A DNA stretch of 64,000 nt. Source: Candidatus Omnitrophota bacterium. Lineage in GTDB: Bacteria; Omnitrophota; Gorgyraeia; Gygaellales; Profunditerraquicolaceae. Location: contig JBDRKE010000033.1 in NCBI GenBank assembly GCA_043814315.1, positions 10,422-74,421 on the forward strand, written 5' to 3'. Below are positions 1 to 9,476 of the stretch, one piece after another. Both the position numbers and the translations under genes were made by a program. Position 1 is the stretch's first letter. Every line of letters begins with the position of its first letter. Under the pieces are notes generated by a model, which did no database searches, had not been told where the DNA came from, and worked only from the letters and a program-made list of their open reading frames with translations.

Positions 1-18
1 AATTTAAAAGGAGATTTT

Positions 19-1275
19 ATGAACTATGATATCAAGGACATCAAGTTAGCCAAGAGGGGAGCGTTAAGAATCGAATGGGCACGTAACAATATGCCCGTGT
101 TAGGGCTGATTGGCGCGCGTTTTAAGAAAGAGAAACCTTTGACAGGGTTAAAGGTGAGTTGCTGCCTGCATGTGACGACAGAAACGGCTGTTTTAGCAGA
201 GGTATTAAAAGGAGGAGGGGCTCGTTTAGTTGTTTGCGCCTCCAACCCTTTGTCAACGCAGGATGACGTGGCCGCTTCATTAGTCAAAGATCTTAAGATA
301 TCTGTTTTTGCGATTAAAGGTGAGGGCACCAAGATTTATTATCAGCACCTGAAATCCGCCTTAGCGATTCAGCCCGATATCACCATGGATGACGGCGCGG
401 ATTTAGTAAGCACTATTCATCAGCGCCAGAGCTCGCTGCATGTCAATATTATCGGCGGTACGGAAGAGACAACTACGGGGGTCATCCGATTGCGCGCTTT
501 GGCCAAACAGGGGAAGCTTCGCTATCCCATTATCGCGGTGAATGACGCTTCCACCAAGCATTTATTTGATAATCGTTACGGCACAGGCCAGTCTACGGTG
601 GATGGTATTATCCGGGCCACGAATAAATTATTGGCAGGAGCCACGTTTGTGGTTTGCGGTTACGGTTGGTGCGGTAAAGGCGTGGCTATGCGGGCCAAGG
701 GTATGGCCAGTAATGTGGTTGTGGTTGAGGTGGACCCCTTGCGCGCCTTAGAAGCGAGTATGGACGGTTTTCAGGTCATGCCGATGAAAAAGGCAGCCGA
801 ATTAGGGGATGTGTTTGTGACCACGACCGGAGATACCAGCGTGATCCGCAAAGAACATTTCAACGTTATGAAAGACGCTGCGATCGTTTCCAATGCCGGG
901 CATTTTAATGTCGAAATAGATATACCGGCCCTGAAAAAATTAAGCAAATCCAGAAGACGCATACGCGATTTTGTCGATGAGTATACATTAAAAGACGGCC
1001 GTAAGGTCTATTTGTTGGGAGAGGGGCGCCTCATTAATCTGGCGGCTGCCGAAGGGCACCCTGCGCAGGTTATGGATATGTCTTTTGCCAACCAGGCGTT
1101 AAGTGCTGAGTACATATCCAGGCATCACGCCCGGCTGAAAAAGGAGGTCTATAAGGTACCCGAGGAGCTCGATAAAGACATTGCCCGGTTAAAACTGAAA
1201 TCCATGGGGATTAAAATAGATAATTTGACCAGGCAGCAGAAGTTGTATCTATCCAGCTGGGAAATGGGAACGTAG
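19..1275 (+). CDS. ahcY: adenosylhomocysteinase (SAH hydrolase)
   Basis: 418-aa ORF that looks like the family over its full length ([20 protein letters not shown] site, HFNVEID). SD aaaggag precedes the ATG. Confidence 0.92.
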   Translation: MNYDIKDIKLAKRGALRIEWARNNMPVLGLIGARFKKEKPLTGLKVSCCLHVTTETAVLAEVLKGGGARLVVCASNPLSTQDDVAASLVKDLKISVFAIKGEGTKIYYQHLKSALAIQPDITMDDGADLVSTIHQRQSSLHVNIIGGTEETTTGVIRLRALAKQGKLRYPIIAVNDASTKHLFDNRYGTGQSTVDGIIRATNKLLAGATFVVCGYGWCGKGVAMRAKGMASNVVVVEVDPLRALEASMDGFQVMPMKKAAELGDVFVTTTGDTSVIRKEHFNVMKDAAIVSNAGHFNVEIDIPALKKLSKSRRRIRDFVDEYTLKDGRKVYLLGEGRLINLAAAEGHPAQVMDMSFANQALSAEYISRHHARLKKEVYKVPEELDKDIARLKLKSMGIKIDNLTRQQKLYLSSWEMGT

Positions 1276-1276
1276 G

Positions 1277-1361
1277 CACCGGCCAGAGGCCGGCGCAATT
1301 GTATCCGCCAGCAGTTTTCAGAGAAAACTGCGAAAGCTGCCAAAACACCAGAGGTTGGCAG
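1277..1361 (+). repeat. three consecutive hairpins with CAGAG(G) apical loops
   Basis: caccggcCAGAGgccggcg (1277-1295), gcagttttCAGAGaaaactgc (1311-1331) and ctgccaaaacacCAGAGgttggcag (1337-1361). The stems differ while the loop is conserved. Confidence 0.6.
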
Positions 1362-1397
1362 ATTTCGAGGCTGGCTGATTTCAGGAGAGGGCAAATC

Positions 1398-1814
1398 ATG
1401 GAGAAGATACTCTATGCGGATGATGATGTGGAAATACAGGGGCTCATCAAAGATATCCTGAACAAGGAAGGCTATGATATCACGATCGCTAAAGACGGCC
1501 AGGAGGCGCTTAACTTAGCAAAATCCGAAAAGTTCGATTTGATTATCTTGGATTTCCTGATGCCCGGCTTAACAGGAAATGAGGTTTGTGCAGGGTTAAA
1601 AAAGGATACCGAAACAAAACACATTCCTGTTATCATGGTGACGGCCTATTCGAATGAAAAAGAAAAAGCCCTCGCCGCGGGGGCCGTTGATTTTATTAAT
1701 AAGCCGATTGAAAAAACGGATCTCCTGCTGCGTATCCGGTCGGTCATGAAAGTCAGGCACATCAAGAACGAATTGCAGAAGATCATTGCCTATATAGCGG
1801 AATTGGAAAAGTAG
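1398..1814 (+). CDS. single-domain response regulator (CheY-like receiver)
   Basis: Receiver signature: DDD near the N-terminus, phospho-acceptor context LIILDFLMPG, VIMVTA, K in NKP. Start set at ATG 1398 after the ggagagg SD; the ORF track begins at 1299. Confidence 0.8.
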   Translation: MEKILYADDDVEIQGLIKDILNKEGYDITIAKDGQEALNLAKSEKFDLIILDFLMPGLTGNEVCAGLKKDTETKHIPVIMVTAYSNEKEKALAAGAVDFINKPIEKTDLLLRIRSVMKVRHIKNELQKIIAYIAELEK

Positions 1815-1978
1815 ATTGTGTTAAAAGGATTACGGAAGCGTTATGCGAATCGGCTAACGTATAACGTCTGACGTACGCGTGACGCCCAACGCATAACGAT
1901 TCCTGCCTGCCGGCAGGCAGGGAAGGCAGGGCGGGCAGGCGCGCTACGGATCCGATGACCGAATAATATCTAATCAAA

Positions 1979-2944
1979 ATGGCCATCAAGAAAATCGCGG
2001 TTTTGACGACAGGAGGAGACTCCCCCGGCATGAATGCGGCGATACGCGCCGTGGTGCGATATGCTACCTTTCACAAATTAGAGGTAATAGGGGTTTTTCG
2101 CGGGTTCCGGGGCCTCATTAACGAAGAAATAAAACCGTTTGACCACCGTTCTGTTTCGGGGATCATCAACCAGGGGGGCACGATCTTGAAGACCGCGCGC
2201 TGTCCTGAGTTTAAGACCCAAGACGGGCAAGACAGGGCCTACGCAACATTAAAGAAGAACGGTATTGACGCGATGGTTGTCATCGGCGGTAACGGCAGTT
2301 TTACGGCGGCGCATGAATTCGGTACAAAATATAAAGTTCCCTGTATCGGTATCCCGGCTTCCATCGATAATGATATTAACGGGATTGACGTCACCATAGG
2401 CGTGGATACCGCTATCAATACGGCGCTGACGGCCATAGATAATATCCGTGATACGGCAACCTCCATGGAACGGATTTTTGTGGTTGAGGTTATGGGTAGA
2501 GGCTCAGGGTTCATTGCTTTGTCTGTGGCTTTAGCTGCCGGCTGCGAAGACGTCATCATCCCTGAGGTAAAATTAGATTTGGACAATATCTGTCATAATA
2601 TTGTCAACGGAAACTTACGGGGTAAGATAAGCTGGATTATTGTGGTAGCCGAGGGGGCGGGAAGCGCTGCGGATATCGCAAAAAAAATCTCGCAGATAAC
2701 CAGCCTGGAAGCGCGTGCCGTGATTTTAGGGCATATTCAAAGAGGGGGACGGCCCACGGCTGCCAGCCGAGAGATGGCCTTGAATCTGGGGTGTGCGGCT
2801 GTGGAGTGTTTATTAAAAGGCGAACAGGATAAGGCGGTGGCGATAAGGTGCGGGGAAATATACACCGTTGATTTGGCGTACGCGATCAAGCATAAGGAAT
2901 TGAAGGTGGATAAGTGGTATGATTTGATAAAGGTATTAACTTAA
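1979..2944 (+). CDS. pfkA: ATP-dependent 6-phosphofructokinase
   Basis: 321 aa with TTGGDSPGMNAAIR, GGNGS, PASIDND and MGRGSG motifs. Confidence 0.92.
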   Translation: MAIKKIAVLTTGGDSPGMNAAIRAVVRYATFHKLEVIGVFRGFRGLINEEIKPFDHRSVSGIINQGGTILKTARCPEFKTQDGQDRAYATLKKNGIDAMVVIGGNGSFTAAHEFGTKYKVPCIGIPASIDNDINGIDVTIGVDTAINTALTAIDNIRDTATSMERIFVVEVMGRGSGFIALSVALAAGCEDVIIPEVKLDLDNICHNIVNGNLRGKISWIIVVAEGAGSAADIAKKISQITSLEARAVILGHIQRGGRPTAASREMALNLGCAAVECLLKGEQDKAVAIRCGEIYTVDLAYAIKHKELKVDKWYDLIKVLT

Positions 2945-2947
2945 ATG

Positions 2948-3060
2948 AAAAATCCCAAATCCCAATATTGCCAAATCCCAAATCCAAAACTATTTGGGTT
3001 TTGGATTTTGACATTTGGATTTATTTGGTAGTATTGGTATTATTTGGATTTTGGATTTCT
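2948..3060. repeat. word-repeat long imperfect hairpin (aaatccc / gggattt words)
   Basis: The left arm is built of aaatcccaaat words and the right arm of ggattttggattt words. It shares tttggtagtattggtattatttg with 36216-36300 and ggattttgacatttggattta with 52333-52452. Confidence 0.7.
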
Positions 3061-3085
3061 CGCGTTAATTAAGGGAGGAAAAGCG

Positions 3086-4411
3086 ATGGGAAGAAGGCCG
3101 TTAGATATTGAAAAAATTGCGATGGAATTGATCATGAGCGATGATTTGGCTGCGAAAAAAAAACTTTCCAAAAAGATTTTTGACATCGCTTATAAAAAAG
3201 GAATTTATCCTTCAAGTATACATGATTTTTACATGGCCCGCGGCAGAGGCGAATTCTTTGGGTTCACGGTGCCAGCCATCAACTTAAGAAGCATGACGTA
3301 TGATCTGGCAAAGGCGATTTTTAGGGTTGCTCAAAAGAATAATTCCGGTGCTTTTATCTTTGAGATTGCCAAGTCCGAGATGGGTTACACCGCTCAAGCC
3401 CCCCTAGAATACGCAAGCGCCGTCCTGGCAGCTGCGGTCAAGGAGGGATACGCGGGCCCTGTGTTCATCCAGGCGGACCATACCCAGGCCAATGCCAAGA
3501 AATATTTGCAAAACCCCGAGAAAGAAATGGAGGGTTTGCAGACTTTAATCAGCGAAGCGATAGACGCCCACTTTTATAATATCGACATCGATTCATCCAC
3601 GCTCGTGGATTTGTCCCATAAGGATATCAAGAAACAGCAGCATCTGAATTTCGAAGTCTGCGCAAAACTTACCCAGTTTATCAGGCGCATCGAGCCGCGC
3701 GGGGTGACGATTTCCGTGGGAGGAGAAATCGGGGAGGTGGGCCATCAGAATTCTACTCCCGAGGACCTGAGGGCCTTTATGGCAGGTTTTAAAGAGAGAT
3801 TGCGCAAGGGGTTAATCGGAATCAGCAAGATTTCCGTGCAAACGGGAACCTCGCACGGAGGCGTGGTTCTGCCGGATGGCTCCATTGCCCAGGTTAAACT
3901 TGATTTCGATACCTTGAAGAATCTTTCCCAGATAGCCAAGTCTGAGTTCGGTTTAGCGGGCGCTGTGCAGCATGGAGCATCCACTTTACCGGCTGAGGCC
4001 TTTCATAAATTCGCCGAGTGTGATGCCGCAGAAGTACATTTAGCCACGGAATTCCAGAACATGATCTACGAAAGCAAGCACTTTTCCGCAGAATTAAGGA
4101 CAAGGATGTATGAATGGTTGAAAGTCAATGCCGCCGCAGAGAAAAAAGAGGGAGAGACCGAGGAGCAGTTTATTTATAAGACGCGTAAAAAAGCCCTGGG
4201 CCCCTTTAAAAGAGAGATTATGGGCCTTCCTCAAGAGACAAGGGATGCCATAGCCGGGGAGATAGAAGAAAGATTTGATTTCTTGTTTAAGCAACTCAAT
4301 ACGGTTAATAACAAACAGCTGGTAGATAAATATATCACTTTAAAACGCGTGATTGTGCGAAAGCGAAAAGCAGCCAAGCACGCGGTGCATAATGGAGAAG
4401 GAGCGGATTAA
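3086..4411 (+). CDS. class II fructose-bisphosphate aldolase family protein (long form)
   Basis: PAINLRS, FIQADH and QTGTSHGG motifs are typical of class II aldolases. Start set at ATG 3086 after the gggagg SD; the upstream part of the ORF lies in the repeat. Confidence 0.72.
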   Translation: MGRRPLDIEKIAMELIMSDDLAAKKKLSKKIFDIAYKKGIYPSSIHDFYMARGRGEFFGFTVPAINLRSMTYDLAKAIFRVAQKNNSGAFIFEIAKSEMGYTAQAPLEYASAVLAAAVKEGYAGPVFIQADHTQANAKKYLQNPEKEMEGLQTLISEAIDAHFYNIDIDSSTLVDLSHKDIKKQQHLNFEVCAKLTQFIRRIEPRGVTISVGGEIGEVGHQNSTPEDLRAFMAGFKERLRKGLIGISKISVQTGTSHGGVVLPDGSIAQVKLDFDTLKNLSQIAKSEFGLAGAVQHGASTLPAEAFHKFAECDAAEVHLATEFQNMIYESKHFSAELRTRMYEWLKVNAAAEKKEGETEEQFIYKTRKKALGPFKREIMGLPQETRDAIAGEIEERFDFLFKQLNTVNNKQLVDKYITLKRVIVRKRKAAKHAVHNGEGAD

Positions 4412-4541
4412 ATGAGGCCACAACTTAGCGAGCGTCAGTGAAGCTAAGATGTATGGCCGAATTTATCCCGACGAATGTGGAAGAATTTAGAATAAATTTT
4501 TCCACAGTTTATGAGTCGGGATTAAGAAGGAAGGGGTAATC

Positions 4542-6194
4542 ATGCGTTCCGATAAGATTAAAAAAGGATTAGAGAGGGTTCCGCACCGCGCTCTTTTGCA
4601 TGCTACGGGTTTGAGCAGAAAAGATCTGAAAAGGCCCTTTATCGGGGTGGCAACCTCTTTTACGGACCTCATCCCCGGCCATATCGGTATGCGAGACTTA
4701 GAGCGCTTCATTGAGCGCGGGATTTGTTACGGCCAGGGCGTGCCGTTTTTCTTCGGCGTGCCCGGGATCTGCGACGGCATCGCCATGGGGCATTTAGGGA
4801 TGTGTTACCCGTTAGCCTTAAGAGAGATCGTGGCGGATACGATTGAGACGGTTTGTAATGCCCATAGCCTCGACGGGATCGTGTGCCTGACGAATTGCGA
4901 TAAGATCACGCCGGGCATGCTGATGGGTGTGGCACGCCTTAATATCCCCGCGATTATCTTGACGGCAGGCCCTATGATGTCTGGCCGTTTTCGACAGAAA
5001 AAGTTAGCTTTTGTGCATGACACCTATGAAGCCCTGGCCAGGGCAAAAAAAGGAGAAATATCTTCGCAAGAATTATCTTGTTTAGAAATGGAGGCTTGTC
5101 CCGGGGCAGGTTCCTGCCAGGGCCTCTACACGGCGAATACCATGGCCTGTTTAACCGAAACCTTAGGGATGTCTTTGCCGGGATGCGCAACGGCCTTAGC
5201 GGTTTCAGCTAAGAAGCGTAGAATCGCCCAAGCCAGCGGTGAGCGTATCGTGGAATTGGCGAAAAAAAATATTAAACCTTTGGATATCATCAATCAAAGG
5301 TCTTTGGAAAATGCCATTACCGTGGATATGGCCCTGGGCGGCTCAAGCAACACGGTTTTGCACCTTATGGCCATCGCCCATGAGACGGGAATAGAATTGG
5401 ATCTTAAAACATTTGATAAAATCAGCAAGCATACCCCGCACATCACAAACCTAGAACCCGCCGGGCCTCACTTTATGGAAGATTTAGAATATGCCGGAGG
5501 AATCCCTGCCGTGCTTAGAAGACTAAAGAGCAGATTAAACAACGCGATGACTCTTAGCGGTAAAAGAATATTTGATATCGCGGATGATGCCGTGATCTCT
5601 GACGAGGAAGTGATTCGTTCCTTTGAGCGCGCTTATCATAAGCAGGGCGGTATTGCCGTGTTGTTTGGGAATCTTGCGCCTGATGGAGCCGTGGTCAAGC
5701 AGGCGGCCGTCAGTCCCAAGATGATGCGATCCAGCGGCAAGGCTAAAGTTTTTAACCGCGAAGAAGAAGCCATGCAGGCGATTTTGAATAAGAAGATAAA
5801 AGCAGGGGATGTGGTTGTTATCCGCTACGAAGGCCCCAGCGGAGGCCCGGGCATGAGGGAAATGCTGGCTCCCACCTCTGCGATTGTGGGGATGGGCTTG
5901 GCTGAATCCGTGGCCCTGATTACCGACGGAAGGTTCTCCGGCGGCACCCAAGGCCCCTGCATCGGGCATATTTCCCCTGAGGCTTCCAGCCGCGGCCCCC
6001 TTGCGATTTTGAAGGACGGTGATATAATCAGCATAGATATACCGAATAGAAAAATAGAGGTTAAACTAAATAAAACCGAAATTGAAAAAAGATTTAAAAA
6101 TTGGAAACCTGTTTTGCCGAAGATTAAATCAGGGTATCTGGGAAGGTATTCTAAACTGGTCAGTTCGGCGGATAAAGGAGCCATTTTAGAATGA
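4542..6194 (+). CDS. ilvD: dihydroxy-acid dehydratase
   Basis: 550 aa with [19 protein letters not shown] and GRFSGGT motifs. The TGA stop overlaps the ilvB ATG. Confidence 0.95.
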   Translation: MRSDKIKKGLERVPHRALLHATGLSRKDLKRPFIGVATSFTDLIPGHIGMRDLERFIERGICYGQGVPFFFGVPGICDGIAMGHLGMCYPLALREIVADTIETVCNAHSLDGIVCLTNCDKITPGMLMGVARLNIPAIILTAGPMMSGRFRQKKLAFVHDTYEALARAKKGEISSQELSCLEMEACPGAGSCQGLYTANTMACLTETLGMSLPGCATALAVSAKKRRIAQASGERIVELAKKNIKPLDIINQRSLENAITVDMALGGSSNTVLHLMAIAHETGIELDLKTFDKISKHTPHITNLEPAGPHFMEDLEYAGGIPAVLRRLKSRLNNAMTLSGKRIFDIADDAVISDEEVIRSFERAYHKQGGIAVLFGNLAPDGAVVKQAAVSPKMMRSSGKAKVFNREEEAMQAILNKKIKAGDVVVIRYEGPSGGPGMREMLAPTSAIVGMGLAESVALITDGRFSGGTQGPCIGHISPEASSRGPLAILKDGDIISIDIPNRKIEVKLNKTEIEKRFKNWKPVLPKIKSGYLGRYSKLVSSADKGAILE

Positions 6195-7453
6195 CAGGCG
6201 CACAAATCTTAATAGAGTGTTTGAAGCGCGAAGGGGTCAAGGTCATGTTCGGCTATCCCGGAGGCCAGGTCCTGCCTATTTTTGATAATCTTTATGATTC
6301 GGATATAAAGTTTATCCTCACCCGTCATGAGCAGGGCGCTGCCCATGCCGCTGAGGGATATTCTCGGGCCACGGGTAAGGTGGGGGTGTGCATTGCCACA
6401 TCCGGCCCGGGGGCTACAAATCTGACGACAGGATTGGCGAATGCCTTTATGGACTCCATAGCCATGGTGGCCATTACAGGACAAGTCAAATCTTTTTTGA
6501 TCGGCAACGATGCTTTTCAGGAAGCCGATGTCACGGGTATCACCCGGCCCGTAACCAAGCATAATTATCTGGTGAAGGATGCCAAAGATTTGGCCAGGAT
6601 CGTGCGGGAGGCTTTTTATATCGCCTCAAGCGGAAGGCCCGGCCCTGTGTTAATCGATATTCCTTCCGATATCCAGATGCAGGATATTGAATTCATCTGG
6701 CCTGAGAAGATTCAGATACGTAGCTATAAGCCCACTTATTTCGGACACCCCGGCCAGATCAAAAAAGCAGCTAAGCTTATTGCCAGCGCTAAAAAACCGG
6801 TTATTTATGCCGGAGGCGGAGTTATCAGTTCAGGCGCGCACCTTGTGCTTCGGGAGCTTGCCGAAAAAATCCAGACGCCGGTGACAACCACGCTTATGGG
6901 GATGGGCGGGTTTCCTGACACGCATAAGCTTTCCCTGCAGATGCTGGGCATGCACGGCACTGCCTATGCCAATCATGCGATTATGGAGGCAGATTTGATT
7001 ATTTCGGTGGGCGCGCGTTTTGATGACCGCGTGACCGGCAGGCTCGATTCCTTTGCGCCGGGAGCCAAGATCATCCATATCGATATCGACCCTTCCTCCA
7101 TAAGTAAGAACGTCAAAGTGGATGTGCCTATCGTAGGAGATGCGAAGAATATCGTGGGCGAATTATTGGAGCAGATCAAGAAGGTGCCTGATACCTCGGA
7201 GTGGTTAAAGACGGTTGAGGGATGGAAGAAAAAATATCCCATGAAATATCTGGATGACGATAAACTTCGGCCTCAATATGTAGTGGAACAGCTTTATGAG
7301 GTAACCAAGGGAAAGGCTGTCATCACCACCGAAGTCGGCCAAAACCAGATGTGGGCAGCGCAGTGGTATAAGTATACCTTGCCCCGTACTTTTATTTCCT
7401 CAGGGGGGGCTCGGTACGATGGGGTTTGGTTTTCCTGCGGCCATGGGTGCTAA
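6191..7453 (+). CDS. ilvB: acetolactate synthase large subunit, N-terminal fragment (frame lost in G7 run at 7403-7409)
   Basis: Family-typical sequence up to FISSGG, after which the frame breaks. The reading continues in the next ORF. Confidence 0.85.
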   Translation: MTGAQILIECLKREGVKVMFGYPGGQVLPIFDNLYDSDIKFILTRHEQGAAHAAEGYSRATGKVGVCIATSGPGATNLTTGLANAFMDSIAMVAITGQVKSFLIGNDAFQEADVTGITRPVTKHNYLVKDAKDLARIVREAFYIASSGRPGPVLIDIPSDIQMQDIEFIWPEKIQIRSYKPTYFGHPGQIKKAAKLIASAKKPVIYAGGGVISSGAHLVLRELAEKIQTPVTTTLMGMGGFPDTHKLSLQMLGMHGTAYANHAIMEADLIISVGARFDDRVTGRLDSFAPGAKIIHIDIDPSSISKNVKVDVPIVGDAKNIVGELLEQIKKVPDTSEWLKTVEGWKKKYPMKYLDDDKLRPQYVVEQLYEVTKGKAVITTEVGQNQMWAAQWYKYTLPRTFISSGGARYDGVWFSCGHGC

Positions 7454-7853
7454 AATCGGCTGTCCGGATAAACACGTAATTGATATCGCAGGTGACGGTT
7501 CCATACAGATGAATATTCAGGAGCTGGCGACCTGCGTCTGCAATAAAATTAACGTCAAGGTGGTCATTTTGAATAACGGTTATTTAGGGATGGTGCGTCA
7601 GTGGCAGGAACTTTTTTATAAAAAACGTTATTCGCATGTCTGTATCAGCGGGCCTGATTTTGTGAAGCTTGCAGACAGTTACGGAGCCGTTGGGATTCAG
7701 GTAACCAGGAAACAGGACGTGCGCGCGGCGCTTGAGAAGGCCCTGGCTATTGATAATACGGTATTCATTGATTTTCGCGTTGAACAGGAAGAGAATGTGT
7801 TTCCCATGGTGCCGGCGGGGGAAGCTATTAACAGGATGATGGGGTTGGCATAG
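7419..7853 (+). CDS. ilvB: acetolactate synthase large subunit, C-terminal fragment (TPP-binding region)
   Basis: [12 protein letters not shown]...GDGS...NNGYLGMVRQWQ. Removing one G from the 7403-7409 run restores [14 protein letters not shown]. Confidence 0.85.
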   Translation: MGFGFPAAMGAKIGCPDKHVIDIAGDGSIQMNIQELATCVCNKINVKVVILNNGYLGMVRQWQELFYKKRYSHVCISGPDFVKLADSYGAVGIQVTRKQDVRAALEKALAIDNTVFIDFRVEQEENVFPMVPAGEAINRMMGLA

Positions 7854-7858
7854 AGTTT

Positions 7859-7887
7859 ATCCCTCGCCGCTAATGGCGGCTCGGGAT
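7859..7887. repeat. ATCCCTCGC...GCTCGGGAT hairpin (family copy 1)
   Basis: atccc-tc-gccgc taat ggcggc-tc-gggat. The same outer stem and TC/TC mismatch recur at 27181-27220 and 63772-63811 with different inner stems. Confidence 0.6.
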
Positions 7888-7918
7888 CAATTTACTGACA
7901 TAAGGGCGAGCGGGCAAA

Positions 7919-8392
7919 TTGATGAAACACACCATTTCAGTATTAGTTGAAAATAAATTTGGCGTACTGGCTCGAATTGCCGGATTATTCAGCGCGCGCG
8001 GATATAATATCGCTTCTTTGGCGGTTTCCGAAACACTGGACCCCACCATCTCTTATATGACGATTGTGGTAGAAGCCAAAGATGAAAATGTTCTCGAGCA
8101 GATCAAAAAACAACTAAATAAACTCATCGATGTCATCAGCGTTACGGACTTCACTAAAAAAGAGCATGTGGAGCGGGAGCTTGTTCTCATCAAGGTGGAT
8201 TGTTCCGCTAAGGAAAAGGCAAAGATAGAGGGCGTTCTTCATAAATATGTCGGTAAGATCATCCAGCATAAACAGGATATAGCTATCATTGAAGCGGCCG
8301 GGGACCAGCATCAGATTAAAAATCTGCTTACGGATCTGGAGCCGTTCGGGATCAAGGAACTTATCCGGACAGGCAGGATCGCCATGGCCTGA
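7919..8392 (+). CDS. ilvN: acetolactate synthase small (regulatory) subunit
   Basis: 157 aa with an ACT-domain start HTISVLVENKFGVLARIAGLFSARGYNI. An ATG at 7922 is the alternative start. Confidence 0.9.
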   Translation: MMKHTISVLVENKFGVLARIAGLFSARGYNIASLAVSETLDPTISYMTIVVEAKDENVLEQIKKQLNKLIDVISVTDFTKKEHVERELVLIKVDCSAKEKAKIEGVLHKYVGKIIQHKQDIAIIEAAGDQHQIKNLLTDLEPFGIKELIRTGRIAMA

Positions 8393-8403
8393 AAGAAAAA
8401 TAG

Positions 8404-8441
8404 CGTCAAAATCCTCTTAGGAGGATTTTGACGTCATTTTT
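8404..8441 (+). terminator. stem-loop with weak T tract between ilvN and ilvC
   Basis: Perfect 13-bp stem cgtcaaaatcctc/gaggattttgacg with loop ttag, followed by tcattttt. Confidence 0.45.
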
Positions 8442-8483
8442 CCGATTAGTAAAAAACTATAGAAAAATGAAGGAGGGTTGATA

Positions 8484-9476
8484 ATGGCAAAGATTTATTA
8501 TGATAATGATGCAGACTTAAACTTATTGAAAGGTAAGACCATTGCCATCATCGGTTATGGCATTCAGGGCCGCGGCCAGTCGCTTTGTCTTCGGGATTCA
8601 GGCTGCAGCGTGATTGTTTCGGAGGTGGAAGGCACGGCAAATTATGAGCAGGCAAAAAAAGACGGATTCAACCCTGTCTCTGCAGGTGAGGCAGCCAAAG
8701 CCGCCGATATCATCCAGATTTTGACCCAGGACCACGTCCAAGCCAAAGTCTATAAGGAGAGCATCAAGCCGAATCTAAAGAAAAAGAAAGCCCTTTGTTT
8801 TTCACACGGTTTCAATATCCGTTTTAAACAGATCAAGCCGCCTAAAAATGTGGATGTGTTTATGGTGGCGCCCAAAGGTCCGGGGGCTCTGGTGAGACGC
8901 ATGTACGAAGAAGGCAAAGGCGTCCCCTCGCTGATTGCAGTTTTTCAGGACGCAACAGGCCAGGCCAAACAGCTGGCTTTGGCTTATGCCAAGGCACTAA
9001 AAGCGACCACGGCAGGTGTTATTGAGACAACCTTTGAAGAAGAGACAGAAACAGACTTATTCGGTGAGCAAGCCGTGCTTTGCGGCGGGGTGACGGAACT
9101 TATCAAGGCAGGCTTTGATACGTTGATGGAAGCAGGTTATCAGCCCGAGATCGCGTACTTCGAGGTGCTCCATGAGCTTAAGCTTATCACGGATCTTATC
9201 CAGGAAAGAGGGGTTTCAGGGATGCGCCGGGGTGTTTCCAATACAGCCTGCTACGGAGATTTGACCCGCGGGCCGCGGGTTATCACCCAGAGAACACGCA
9301 AGGAAATGAAAAAAATGCTCAAAGAAATAAAAAGCGGAAAGTTCGCCCGCGAATGGATTAAAGAGAATGAAGCTGGCCGGCCGAATTTTAACAGGTTATT
9401 AGCTGAGGGAGATAATCATAAGATAGAGGAAGTAGGGAAGAGGCTAAGAGAGATGATGCCTTGGATGAAACATTAG
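8484..9476 (+). CDS. ilvC: ketol-acid reductoisomerase
   Basis: [17 protein letters not shown] and class-I KARI length. ATG 8484 lies 7 nt after the aggaggg SD; the ORF track starts at TTG 8478. Confidence 0.93.
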   Translation: MAKIYYDNDADLNLLKGKTIAIIGYGIQGRGQSLCLRDSGCSVIVSEVEGTANYEQAKKDGFNPVSAGEAAKAADIIQILTQDHVQAKVYKESIKPNLKKKKALCFSHGFNIRFKQIKPPKNVDVFMVAPKGPGALVRRMYEEGKGVPSLIAVFQDATGQAKQLALAYAKALKATTAGVIETTFEEETETDLFGEQAVLCGGVTELIKAGFDTLMEAGYQPEIAYFEVLHELKLITDLIQERGVSGMRRGVSNTACYGDLTRGPRVITQRTRKEMKKMLKEIKSGKFAREWIKENEAGRPNFNRLLAEGDNHKIEEVGKRLREMMPWMKH

